The notes beneath the pieces were generated by a model. It had not been told where the DNA came from, searched no databases, and worked only from the letters and a program-made list of their open reading frames with translations. A DNA stretch of 33,549 bases from Fodinibius sp. (GTDB lineage Bacteria > Bacteroidota > Rhodothermia > Balneolales > Balneolaceae), in assembly GCA_041642355.1 (NCBI GenBank), contig JBEPWP010000001.1, forward strand, positions 1 to 33,549. Reading direction: 5' to 3'. Below, piece by piece: positions 1 to 8,219 of this stretch (positions are counted from its first letter, which is position 1; the number at the start of each line of letters is the position of its first letter). Both the position numbers and the translations under genes were made by a program.

Positions 1-610
1 TGCTCACCGGCTGTCCACCGCCTGAATTATTGGTGACGGTAATCATAATTACGGGGATATTTTCTGAGCCGACCTCCTGAATAGTATCTTCCAGCTTTTC
101 CAAATTCATATTCCCTTTGAAGGGATGGTTGCTCTGTGGTTGTTTACCTTCGTCGATAACGAGGTCACGTGCCTCTGCACCGGCATGCTCAACATGGGCG
201 CGGGTGGTGTCGAAATGGGTGTTGCTGGGGATGACATCGCCTTTACCGGCAATGGTGGTAAAGAAAATATTTTCTGCCGCACGTCCCTGGTGAGTAGGGA
301 TCAGGTGTTTAAATCCGGTAATATCCTGCACCGCTGATTCCAGTTTATAAAACGATGAAGAACCGGCGTATGACTCATCACTTTCAATCATGCCTGCCCA
401 CTGTTTTGATGACATGGCCCCGGTACCGCTGTCGGTGAGCAGATCAATGAGTACATCTTTCGCCTTCAGTAAAAACGGATTGTAGCCTGCGTCTTTGAGC
501 AGTTGTTCGCGTTCATCCATCGTGGTAAAACGGATAGGCTCTACCGAGCGGATGCGAAAAGGTTCAATAATAGTATCTGTTTGAAAAGGAGAGAGGGACG
601 AAGTTTCCAT
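1..610 (-). CDS. tnaA: Tryptophanase / tyrosine phenol-lyase family PLP enzyme (5' part; runs off the window edge)
   Basis: Not in the ORF track. Manual translation from ATG 610 gives METSSLSPFQTDTIIEPFRIRSVEPI...AGYNPFLL...IDLLTDSGTGAMS...DESYAGS...PTHQGRAAE...NTHFDTTRAH...TVTNNSGGGQPVS, all beta-eliminating lyase motifs. TnaA versus Tpl is not fully resolvable from this part. Confidence 0.88.
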   Translation of the reverse strand, partial: METSSLSPFQTDTIIEPFRIRSVEPIRFTTMDEREQLLKDAGYNPFLLKAKDVLIDLLTDSGTGAMSSKQWAGMIESDESYAGSSSFYKLESAVQDITGFKHLIPTHQGRAAENIFFTTIAGKGDVIPSNTHFDTTRAHVEHAGAEARDLVIDEGKQPQSNHPFKGNMNLEKLEDTIQEVGSENIPVIMITVTNNSGGGQPVS

Positions 611-668
611 AATGAATATTTTGCCGATTCGAGGTTATATATTTTGAATAAAAAGAAGTGTTTTATCT

Positions 669-697
669 TTGACAAAGTATAATATTAACGGTAAAAT
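669..697 (+). promoter_or_regulatory. Putative sigma70-type promoter of the acyl-CoA synthetase/globin operon
   Basis: TTGACA (669-674), 17-bp spacer, TAAAAT (692-697). Confidence 0.55.
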
Positions 698-714
698 AAG
701 ACAAATAACTCTTA
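697..714 (+). promoter_or_regulatory. Palindromic operator-like site TAAGA-N8-TCTTA (copy 1)
   Basis: TAAGACAAATAACTCTTA immediately after the -10 hexamer; 16/18 identical to 21457-21474 on the minus strand. Confidence 0.6.
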
Positions 715-732
715 AATTTGAATCTGTTTGTA

Positions 733-2805
733 ATGCTCAATCCATTCTTTAAGCCAGAGGGGGTGGCCGTTATCGGAGCTTCTCGAAATCCCCATAAATT
801 GGGATATGGTGTAGTTCGAAATCTCAAAGAATATCGGTACCAAGGTGGAATTTATCCGGTAAACAAATCGGCGTCTGAAATATTGGATTTGCCGTGTTTT
901 GAGTCGATAGCAGAAGTTCCCGATCCTGTGGACTTAGCTATTATTATTGTACCGGCCCCGGTTGTTCCTACAATTATGAAGCAATGCGGTGAGCGAGGTA
1001 TTAGACATGCGATTGTAATCAGCGGTGGATTTAGCGAGACCGGCGAAGAAGGACGAGAGCTGGAAGAAGAGGTGTCACAAGTGGCAGAAGAATGGGATAT
1101 CAATTTTATTGGTCCCAATTGTATTGGCACTATCGATACCCATACTCCGGTGAATACGACCTTTGTGACGGGCATGCCCGAATCAGGAGAAATTGGGTTT
1201 TGCTCGCAGTCGGGCGCCATGGTTGCGTCCGTGATCGACTGGGCTCGCGGCGCGGGAGTTGGCTTTTCGAGGATTGTAAGCCTTGGAAATCAGGTTGATG
1301 TCAATGAAACACAGATGATTAGAGCGCTGCATGAGGATAACCAAACGCAGGTGATCACGGCTTATATCGAGGGTGTTTCAAATGGAAAGAACTTCATGGA
1401 GGTGGCTCAAAAGGCAGCCAGGGATAAGCCGGTAGTAGCATTAAAAGGAGGTCGAGGAGAAAGCAGTGCTCGTGCTGTGGCATCCCATACCGGAGCCCTG
1501 GCCGGTAGTGCCGAGGCGTACGGAGCAGCTTTTGAACGCAGTGGTGTACTACAAGCCGAAACGATGGAAGAGATGTTTGACTGGGCGCGGGCGTTAGCCT
1601 GGCAACCGCTTCCGAAAGGAAAAAAAGTAGCAGTGTTGACGAATGCGGGCGGACCGGCAATTCTGGCTGTTGATGCCTTGGAAAGTGCCGGTTTGGAACT
1701 GGCAGAATTAACTGCAGAAACCAAAAAATATTTAGAATCACGATTACCTAAAGCGGCAAGTGTAAGTAATCCGGTGGATGTGTTGGCGGGATCTGGTCCG
1801 GGCACCTACGCGGTGGCACTGGATGCTTTGCTAACCGACGAAACGGTCGATTCGGTGGTGGTGATTCAAGCCCCGCAAGATTGGTTTTTGCCGGCCAGTC
1901 TTGCTGAAGTTGTGGGTGAAGTAGCGGGTTCGCATCAAAAGCCTGTAATTGCTTCTATTATGGGAAAAGCATCCGTGGAGGAAGCGCTGAAAATATTGCA
2001 CAAACGAAAAATACCGAATGTGGCTTTCCCGGAGCGTGTGGCTTCGGTCTTGGCGGCCATGGTCAAGCGCAAGGAGTGGCTTGACATTCCCCAGCAAACG
2101 CCTGAGCGGTTTACTGATTTTGATGAGCAGAACGTTGAAACAAGTATATCAGAAAAGGATTGGAAATCGCTGCTTCAGGAATATGGTATCGCCTTTCCGC
2201 CGGAGCAGCTTGCCGAGACAGAGGAAGAAGCTGTTAAGGCTGCAGAGTCCATTGGTTATCCGGTAGTCTTAAAGTTAGAATCTGAATCCGTTTCGCATAA
2301 AACAGAAGTGGATGGAGTGAAGCTGGATATCAGAAATAAAGAAGATGTAGTTCGTGCGTGGAATGAGATTGAAGGGGCGGCCGAGTCAGCAGGTGTTGAT
2401 ATGGAGGGGGTTCAGGTTCAAAAAATGCTAACCGGCGGACAAGAAGTGATAATGGGACTTCGTCGTGATCCGCAATTTGGTCCGATGGTATTATTTGGTA
2501 CAGGAGGAACAGATGTAGAGCTACTGCAGGATGTTGAGTCTGCTGTTGCTCCGCTGAACCGCTTACAGGCTGAAAAATTGATAGACGCTACCCGGGCCGG
2601 GATTAAGCTGAAGGGCTGGCGGAATCAGCCCTCGGCAGACTGTGAAACAGTGATCAAATATTTGATGCGGTTATCACAGCTCGGCGATGATGTGCCCAAC
2701 ATTGATGAGTTAGAGATGAATCCGCTTTATGTGCTGCCTGAAGGGCAGGGTGCCTATGCTGTGGATGTGAGAGGAACGGTTGTTGAGGATGAGAAAGTGA
2801 AGTAA
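733..2805 (+). CDS. Acetate/acyl-CoA ligase (ADP-forming), fused alpha-beta type
   Basis: CoA-binding VAVIGAS, GPNCIG, SQSGA, SLGNQVD, phospho-His ASHTGALAG, NAGGPAILAVD, ATP-grasp SHKTEVDGV and FGPMVLFGTGG; no GNAT domain. ATG 733 preferred over TTG 718. Confidence 0.9.
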   Translation: MLNPFFKPEGVAVIGASRNPHKLGYGVVRNLKEYRYQGGIYPVNKSASEILDLPCFESIAEVPDPVDLAIIIVPAPVVPTIMKQCGERGIRHAIVISGGFSETGEEGRELEEEVSQVAEEWDINFIGPNCIGTIDTHTPVNTTFVTGMPESGEIGFCSQSGAMVASVIDWARGAGVGFSRIVSLGNQVDVNETQMIRALHEDNQTQVITAYIEGVSNGKNFMEVAQKAARDKPVVALKGGRGESSARAVASHTGALAGSAEAYGAAFERSGVLQAETMEEMFDWARALAWQPLPKGKKVAVLTNAGGPAILAVDALESAGLELAELTAETKKYLESRLPKAASVSNPVDVLAGSGPGTYAVALDALLTDETVDSVVVIQAPQDWFLPASLAEVVGEVAGSHQKPVIASIMGKASVEEALKILHKRKIPNVAFPERVASVLAAMVKRKEWLDIPQQTPERFTDFDEQNVETSISEKDWKSLLQEYGIAFPPEQLAETEEEAVKAAESIGYPVVLKLESESVSHKTEVDGVKLDIRNKEDVVRAWNEIEGAAESAGVDMEGVQVQKMLTGGQEVIMGLRRDPQFGPMVLFGTGGTDVELLQDVESAVAPLNRLQAEKLIDATRAGIKLKGWRNQPSADCETVIKYLMRLSQLGDDVPNIDELEMNPLYVLPEGQGAYAVDVRGTVVEDEKVK

Positions 2806-2834
2806 AAAGATATTTTAGAAAGGATTGAGCACCG

Positions 2835-4088
2835 GTGGATAAACAAAACGATTTTTCTAAAAATATCGATTTGAACAACCAATGGTTGTGGCACGCCTCA
2901 ATAGCCTGTTTTTTGTTGGCTGGACTAACAGGTTTTCTATATCGTTTGGGGATGATGGGATGGGTGCCCGGAGAATTATCGCTGGGCAATATTCGTCATG
3001 CTCATTCTCATCTCATGTTCTTTGGATGGGCGGTGCCGCTTCCGTTGTATATCATCATGCAAAAAGTTGTTAGAGAAGCGGGTGATATGGATAAAGGGTT
3101 CAGTTGGATGAAATATTCCATTGCCTGGATTTTGTTTTTCGGGTTAATGGCTTATCCGTTTTTCCTATTCTACGGATATCGTCCGGTGGCTATGGGATCT
3201 GCTACATTGCCCTTCTCGGTTATTTTTTCTGGATTTGTGATGATCGGGTGGTATGGATTCATAGTCGGATATTGGCAAAGACGCACCGCACTCCAAAATG
3301 ATGAGAGCCTGCCTTGGATTGATGGAGCACTTGTTTTGTTAGCGGTCTGCTCACTCGGCGCTTGGGGGGTAGCTGTTATTCAGGAGCTGGCCCCGCAATC
3401 GCATTTGTTGATGAAAAGCATGACGCACTTTTTCCTTGCAGCTTTTACAGAAGGCTGGGTAGTATTGATACTTTGCGCCATCTTAATTAATGAGCTTGAA
3501 ATTGAGGAACAACACTGGTGGACCTCCCCACAGTTTGCGTTGGGAGCCGTTGCCATCGGGGCACCGTTGACGTTTCCATATGGAATTTCTGAATCACTGC
3601 TCACGCCTATGCTCCTGGGAACGGCCCGTTTGGGGGGCGGACTTGCAGCCGTGGGATTATTATTAGTTATAGCCGCTATTTTCAAATCGGGAAAATGGAG
3701 ACATCCGATCTGGATCTGGCCAATTGCACTGTTGGCGCTGAAAGGAATTATGCAGCTGGGGACTTCTGTTGTGCCCAGTTCATTTTGGCTCTCCGATCCC
3801 GGTTTGCGCGTACTCTATCTGCATATTCTTTTGTTAGGCGGGTTGACGTTACTGGCTTTTGCCTGGTTTAATAGTAGGATCTCAGTATCAAAAAGCTATT
3901 TTCATCTTGTGGGAGGTTCCATAATGGTTACGCTCATCACCTTACTGATGTTTACGGGAGTTTGGCCCCAGGCACTTTCGGGCGCATGGCTTGTCGATAC
4001 TTTGGCGTTGGGAGCAATCCTTCCCATCTTGTCAGTTCTCGTATACTGGATGATGTTAATTCGATCACAAAAGATAAGTTCTATTTAA
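2835..4088 (+). CDS. About 12-TM heme-copper-oxidase-homology / NnrS-like membrane protein
   Basis: Highly hydrophobic; three 4-TM units carrying HAHSHLMFFGW, HFFLAAFTEGW and YLHILLLGG. Confidence 0.65.
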   Translation: MDKQNDFSKNIDLNNQWLWHASIACFLLAGLTGFLYRLGMMGWVPGELSLGNIRHAHSHLMFFGWAVPLPLYIIMQKVVREAGDMDKGFSWMKYSIAWILFFGLMAYPFFLFYGYRPVAMGSATLPFSVIFSGFVMIGWYGFIVGYWQRRTALQNDESLPWIDGALVLLAVCSLGAWGVAVIQELAPQSHLLMKSMTHFFLAAFTEGWVVLILCAILINELEIEEQHWWTSPQFALGAVAIGAPLTFPYGISESLLTPMLLGTARLGGGLAAVGLLLVIAAIFKSGKWRHPIWIWPIALLALKGIMQLGTSVVPSSFWLSDPGLRVLYLHILLLGGLTLLAFAWFNSRISVSKSYFHLVGGSIMVTLITLLMFTGVWPQALSGAWLVDTLALGAILPILSVLVYWMMLIRSQKISSI

Positions 4089-4092
4089 TTAT

Positions 4093-4479
4093 ATGCACGA
4101 TATCAGAAATGAAGAAGATATTACTACTCTGGTTCATGCCTTCTACGCAAAGGTCGAAGAAGATGAGCGGTTGGGACCTATCTTCAATGAAGTGGCCGAT
4201 GTAGATTGGGATGAGCACCTTCCAAAGATGGTTGGTTTTTGGTCGAAGATGTTATTTCGAACCGAGCGATATAAAGGACGCCCCTTTCGAGAACACTTAC
4301 CGCTCCCGATTGAGCGTGAGGATTTTGGCCAGTGGGTAGGACTCTTTACCGAAACGGTAGATGAGCACTTTGAAGGCAATCGGGCTGATTACACAAAAGA
4401 GTTGGCTGGAAATATTGCAAACTCATTTAGCACGCGAATGACCATGGGAGGAAAGTTCGATAAAAAGAATAAGGAATAA
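4093..4479 (+). CDS. Group III truncated hemoglobin (trHbP)
   Basis: DI...LVHAFYAKV..D..LGPIF...WDEHLPKMVGFW...YKGRPFREH...FGQWVGLF.ETVDEHF.G. Confidence 0.92.
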   Translation: MHDIRNEEDITTLVHAFYAKVEEDERLGPIFNEVADVDWDEHLPKMVGFWSKMLFRTERYKGRPFREHLPLPIEREDFGQWVGLFTETVDEHFEGNRADYTKELAGNIANSFSTRMTMGGKFDKKNKE

Positions 4480-4481
4480 TT

Positions 4482-4670
4482 ATGAGAAATGATGATCAAG
4501 AATATACCCGGATAGAATTAGCTGAATTGGTTCGAAAAGCCTGCATTGAAGCGGCACGTGATGGATTTAAAGATGCCTCGATGAGTGGCTTATGCACCGA
4601 AGGCGCTATGGAAGTGGCAATTAGCTCAATGCAGCAGCTGGATTTGGAAAAAATAATTCAAAAAAAGTGA
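4482..4670 (+). CDS. Small conserved protein with SGLCxEGA motif, function unknown
   Basis: Tightly packed in the operon; LAELVRKACIEAARDGFKDASMSGLCTEGAMEVA; too short for a GNAT fold. Confidence 0.7.
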   Translation: MRNDDQEYTRIELAELVRKACIEAARDGFKDASMSGLCTEGAMEVAISSMQQLDLEKIIQKK

Positions 4671-4677
4671 GAAGAAG

Positions 4678-5130
4678 ATGAAGCGATCTATATTGATTTT
4701 AATAGTTGTATTAGGGTTTTCTGTAAGCGTGATGGGTTGGAGTTGGTTTCCACAGCAAAAAGCCAATCAGCCGGAGACCATGCCACTGGTTCCCATGATG
4801 CAGCAATTGCTGGAGGATATTCAGCAGGTTGACCGTGGAATTTATACCGAAGATTTTGCAATGATCGAAGAAGGGGCGGTTAACATCTCCGATCATCCCA
4901 CAATGACATCTGATGACAAAAAACTGGTGAAGCAAACATTGGGTAAAGAGATGAAGCAGTTTGTGAATTTTGATATGGTGGTGCATCATCATGCCGATTC
5001 AATGCGGATAGCGGCTGTAGAGGAAAACATGCAGAAGGTACTTGAGCATTATCGGATAACCCAGCAGGGCTGTGTGGATTGTCACTCGAATTATCGCGAA
5101 CCTATTTCTACGGCAAGATTAGAGAAATAG
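4678..5130 (+). CDS. Exported class II (cytochrome c'-like) monoheme cytochrome c
   Basis: N-terminal signal/anchor, helical body, single C-terminal CVDCH heme motif. Confidence 0.8.
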   Translation: MKRSILILIVVLGFSVSVMGWSWFPQQKANQPETMPLVPMMQQLLEDIQQVDRGIYTEDFAMIEEGAVNISDHPTMTSDDKKLVKQTLGKEMKQFVNFDMVVHHHADSMRIAAVEENMQKVLEHYRITQQGCVDCHSNYREPISTARLEK

Positions 5131-5135
5131 TTGTA

Positions 5136-5357
5136 ATGCAGCAGCCCATTATAGGATTTCACAAAGATGAAAAAGATGATTGGGTGGCCGAGCTTCAGTG
5201 CGGACATAATCAGCACGTGCGGCATAATCCGCCGTGGATGCTGCGTCCCTGGGTAACCACAGAAGAAGGACGAAAGAGCCGCCTTGGAAATAAATTGAAT
5301 TGCAAAAAATGCGATCGCAACGAACCTCAAGATTTTGATCCATCATGCCAAGAATAG
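5136..5357 (+). CDS. DUF3565-family small Cys/His protein
   Basis: MQQPIIGFHKDE..DWVAELQCGHNQHVRHNPPW..RPWV...GR...LG..LNCKKCD; start reassigned to ATG 5136. Confidence 0.8.
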   Translation: MQQPIIGFHKDEKDDWVAELQCGHNQHVRHNPPWMLRPWVTTEEGRKSRLGNKLNCKKCDRNEPQDFDPSCQE

Positions 5358-5818
5358 CACGCGTATTTATCAAAACAGGACTCATTTACTTTTTAGCCTC
5401 ACTGTTGCTGGGTTTGGCAGCCGAGTTTAACTGGCTGCAATTTCCGGGTATAGTACCCCTCTTTTGGCACCTGCTGATGGTGGGGTGGATTACGCAGATT
5501 ATCTTCGGTGTATCCATGTGGATGTTTCCCGGCCGAACCCGAGAAGAAGGATTTAAAGCACAGCTTTGGGGCTGGCTGACATATATATTTCTGAATACAG
5601 GATTACTGCTTCGTGTAATTGCCGAACCTGCTATGTATGTATCTGAAGGATCATTATGGAGTATATTGATTGTGATATCGGCGGTGAGTCAGGTTGCGGC
5701 AGCAGTGTTTTACATCATTGAACTGTGGCCGCGCATTCAATCCAAAGAGCAGCGCCGCAAGCAGCGAAAGAAAAAACGGCAGAAACAGAAAGCTAAGAAT
5801 ACCAGCAGTAATAATTGA
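5345..5818 (+). CDS. 4-TM single-unit HCO-homology membrane protein with basic C-terminal tail
   Basis: FIKTGLIYF...HLLMVGWITQIIFGVSMWMFP...LNTGLLLRV; paralogous to 5970-6377. Confidence 0.7.
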   Translation: MPRIARVFIKTGLIYFLASLLLGLAAEFNWLQFPGIVPLFWHLLMVGWITQIIFGVSMWMFPGRTREEGFKAQLWGWLTYIFLNTGLLLRVIAEPAMYVSEGSLWSILIVISAVSQVAAAVFYIIELWPRIQSKEQRRKQRKKKRQKQKAKNTSSNN

Positions 5819-5828
5819 TTAAAATCTG

Positions 5829-5921
5829 TGTCACCTTGACCCCCGATACGTCGGGACAGGCTTTATTTCAGGGTCTGCTAAAACAAATTGTTTTATAGAT
5901 GTTGAAACAAGTTCAGCATGA
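5829..5921. repeat. REP-like palindromic element with a nested hairpin insert
   Basis: Imperfect inverted arms TCACCTTGA/CTTTATTTCAGGGTCT and AGATGTTGAAACAAGTTCAGCATGA; left arm interrupted by a segment containing CCCGA-TACG-TCGGG. Confidence 0.55.
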
Positions 5922-5969
5922 TATAAATTTGAGCCTTAATACCACTAACAATTAACTAATAACAAAACC

Positions 5970-6377
5970 ATGCCCACCCCAAGTCGCTGGATGATTAAAG
6001 CTTCGATGCTGTACATGTTGACAAGTTTTACTATTGGTGCGCTTATCTTGTTCAGCAAAGCATATCCCGCCTACTCTACGGTATGGAGTCTACTTTCAGT
6101 CCACATCGAAGTGAGTATTTTCGGATGGATTATTCAGCTTACCATGGGTACAGCTTATTGGATCCTACCACGCTATCTCGTCAGCAAATCGAGGGGGAAC
6201 CCCAAGCTGGCCATGCTGATGGTTGCGATCCTAAATGCCGGTATTTTGACTAATGTGGCTTCTTATCTGAATTTTATTTCATCCTCAGCTACGATATTGG
6301 GACGCCTGTTGGAAGTGGGAGCGGTGATACTTTTTATTGCCCTGCACTGGAATCGGGCGGTGAGTTATAATACGTGA
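5970..6377 (+). CDS. 4-TM single-unit HCO-homology membrane protein
   Basis: MPTPSRWMIKASMLY...HIEVSIFGWIIQLTMGTAYWILPR...LNAG. Confidence 0.7.
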   Translation: MPTPSRWMIKASMLYMLTSFTIGALILFSKAYPAYSTVWSLLSVHIEVSIFGWIIQLTMGTAYWILPRYLVSKSRGNPKLAMLMVAILNAGILTNVASYLNFISSSATILGRLLEVGAVILFIALHWNRAVSYNT

Positions 6378-6416
6378 TGCGTAGTGCGTATTAAACACGC
6401 ACTACGAAATACGTAT
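6371..6416. terminator. Hairpin built from heptamer repeats between convergent genes
   Basis: CGTAGTGCGT-N7-ACGCACTACG stem; 7-nt periodicity (TACGTGA TGCGTAG TGCGTAT ... CACGCAC TACGAAA TACGTAT). Confidence 0.5.
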
Positions 6417-6422
6417 CCTCAA

Positions 6423-6914
6423 TCAGCCTCTTAGTAAGCGCATGGCATAATACAGAATGACTAATCCCAAGAGCAAATTAAGGCGTCCCAGCCAGCTCGA
6501 AATTTTGCGCATTCGTTTTGTTTGGGGATGGTCGGGCTGTTCGTCCATAAGTTCCGCTGCTTTAGGTCCGGCGTAAAAGTCATGAAATCCGCTTACAATC
6601 AGGACCAATCCAAATGCAACCAATTTTATAAACAGGTAGCCGCCGAAGACATCCATCCAAAATAAGCCGGTTAACAGTTGGTCGACGGAGTAGCCTCTGG
6701 TGAGTAAGTTGGTGAATCCGGTAACAATAAGCACGATAAACAATACCCACGAGATGCGGCTGAACTTTTTGCCGACAAGGGTAAAGAATTTACCTTTTTT
6801 ATTTTTGAGTAGTTTGTGACGTGTTGCCGGAACAAACACACCGGCGGTAAACATCAGGCCGCCAATCCAGAAAATAGCTGAGGTGATATGCATGAAAACG
6901 GAGAGATAATACAT
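6423..6914 (-). CDS. CopD-like / DUF4149-like membrane protein
   Basis: H...AIFWIGG.MF, LIVTG, IKL...HDF..GP; 4 TM; lies downstream of azurin. Confidence 0.7.
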   Translation of the reverse strand: MYYLSVFMHITSAIFWIGGLMFTAGVFVPATRHKLLKNKKGKFFTLVGKKFSRISWVLFIVLIVTGFTNLLTRGYSVDQLLTGLFWMDVFGGYLFIKLVAFGLVLIVSGFHDFYAGPKAAELMDEQPDHPQTKRMRKISSWLGRLNLLLGLVILYYAMRLLRG

Positions 6915-6952
6915 GGGGAAATTTCTGTCTAGTGAAATATATGTACAGAAAT

Positions 6953-6985
6953 AAAAAAAGGCGACTGATCGGTTCAGCCGCCTTT
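6953..6985 (-). terminator. Intrinsic terminator after azurin
   Basis: AAAGGCG..CTGA / TCAG.CGCCTTT stem followed by a U-run on the minus strand. Confidence 0.65.
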
Positions 6986-7011
6986 GGTAATAAAATAAAT
7001 GCTAATGAAGG

Positions 7012-7584
7012 TTATTCTTCTACGTTAAGCATTCCCTTCATTCCGCCTGAATAATGGCCAGGAAAACTACAGATGTACTCATATTCTCCAGCTTCCTCGG
7101 GTGCGGTAAAGGTAACTTCAACGGTTTCTCCACCAGCTGCCATATCGGTATGAGCAATAATCTGATCTTCCATATCGGTAGGGATATATTCATTATCTTG
7201 TGCTTTACTTGCAGCATTGGCAAAGGCCGCGGCGTCAGCATTCATGGTAAGTAACACAAAGTTGTGCGACATAGCCGAAGCAGGAAGATCACTTTCAGTG
7301 AACAGACGAATGCGAATCTCTTCACCGGGTTCAGCCGTGATTGATTCGAGCAATACATAATCGCCCATTTTTTCTCCAGTTGTTATACCTTCTTCTTCGC
7401 CGTCAACGACAAATTTCATGCGATCGATACCGACCATTTCAATAGTACGAACATCATCAGCTTGTTCGGTAGCTTGAGCTTGAGTATCAGCCGCTTGTTC
7501 TTCAGCCTGTTGATCAGAACCACCACCGCAAGCTGCTACAAAAAGCAACATTAGTGAAAATAGATAAGGTGCAAAACGTGTCAT
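7012..7584 (-). CDS. Azurin-family blue copper lipoprotein
   Basis: Lipobox FVAAC; type-1 Cu ligands in MSHNFV and YICSFPGHYSGGMKG. Confidence 0.9.
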   Translation of the reverse strand: MTRFAPYLFSLMLLFVAACGGGSDQQAEEQAADTQAQATEQADDVRTIEMVGIDRMKFVVDGEEEGITTGEKMGDYVLLESITAEPGEEIRIRLFTESDLPASAMSHNFVLLTMNADAAAFANAASKAQDNEYIPTDMEDQIIAHTDMAAGGETVEVTFTAPEEAGEYEYICSFPGHYSGGMKGMLNVEE

Positions 7585-7656
7585 AAATATGAGTAATTCT
7601 TAGGTTAAAAATTAAGTAGAAAAGATACGAAACTATTTAATTCATTACACATTATT

Positions 7657-8089
7657 TTACTGCCCAGTCAAGGTGGCGTGCAGTAATATTTTGGTGCCGA
7701 ACAACGCTTTAGAAACAGGGCATCCATCCATTGCGCCATTGGTAATCTGCTGAAGTGTAACTTATGTTAATATCAGGAACATTAAATTTTGTGATTAGTT
7801 TTACTTAGGTAATCGCTGGTCCGTAATCGGTGACTTTAAAAGTTACATTTGCCTCTGTTTCTACCGATTGTGGATTGTATCCCACCTTGACAAGTTCGTT
7901 TGAAAACGCCATGGAATAACATCCGGTATGAGCGGCACCGATCAATTCTTCGGGATTAGTTCCATCACCATTTTCGAACCGTGAAGCGAATGAATATGCT
8001 CCTTTATAAGAACCGCTTTCCAGCTCCATTGTTCCGTTTCTATTTTTTAGGTCTCCATTCCATTTTGCATTTGCTTTACGTGTAGGCAT
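7657..8089 (-). pseudogene. osmC: OsmC peroxiredoxin pseudogene
   Basis: N-part YSFASRFE.G.GTNPEELIGAAH.GCYSM stops at TAA 7805-7807; homology continues (VKLITKFNVPDI) and, after a frameshift, GCPVSKALFG...LTGQ* ending at 7657. Confidence 0.85.
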
Positions 8090-8219
8090 ATTTTGACCTT
8101 ATTTACGGTTATGTTTCTGTTGATGTTACTTCGGATTTTTGAAAAAGATCTTCTTTTATCAATTGATACAAAATGCCTCCCAAAAACAGGAGGATTGCTG
8201 CTACATTTCCATAGCTTCC

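Noticed and set aside
125-337. 70-aa plus-strand ORF
   Set aside because: Antisense shadow of the tryptophanase-family gene
652-670. AAAGA-N9-TCTTT as a further operator copy
   Set aside because: Spacing is off by one in an AT-rich context; could be chance
2835-4088. Calling this a true cytochrome c oxidase subunit I or NorB
   Set aside because: Lacks the HPxVY/HxWVE and adjacent HH active-site motifs
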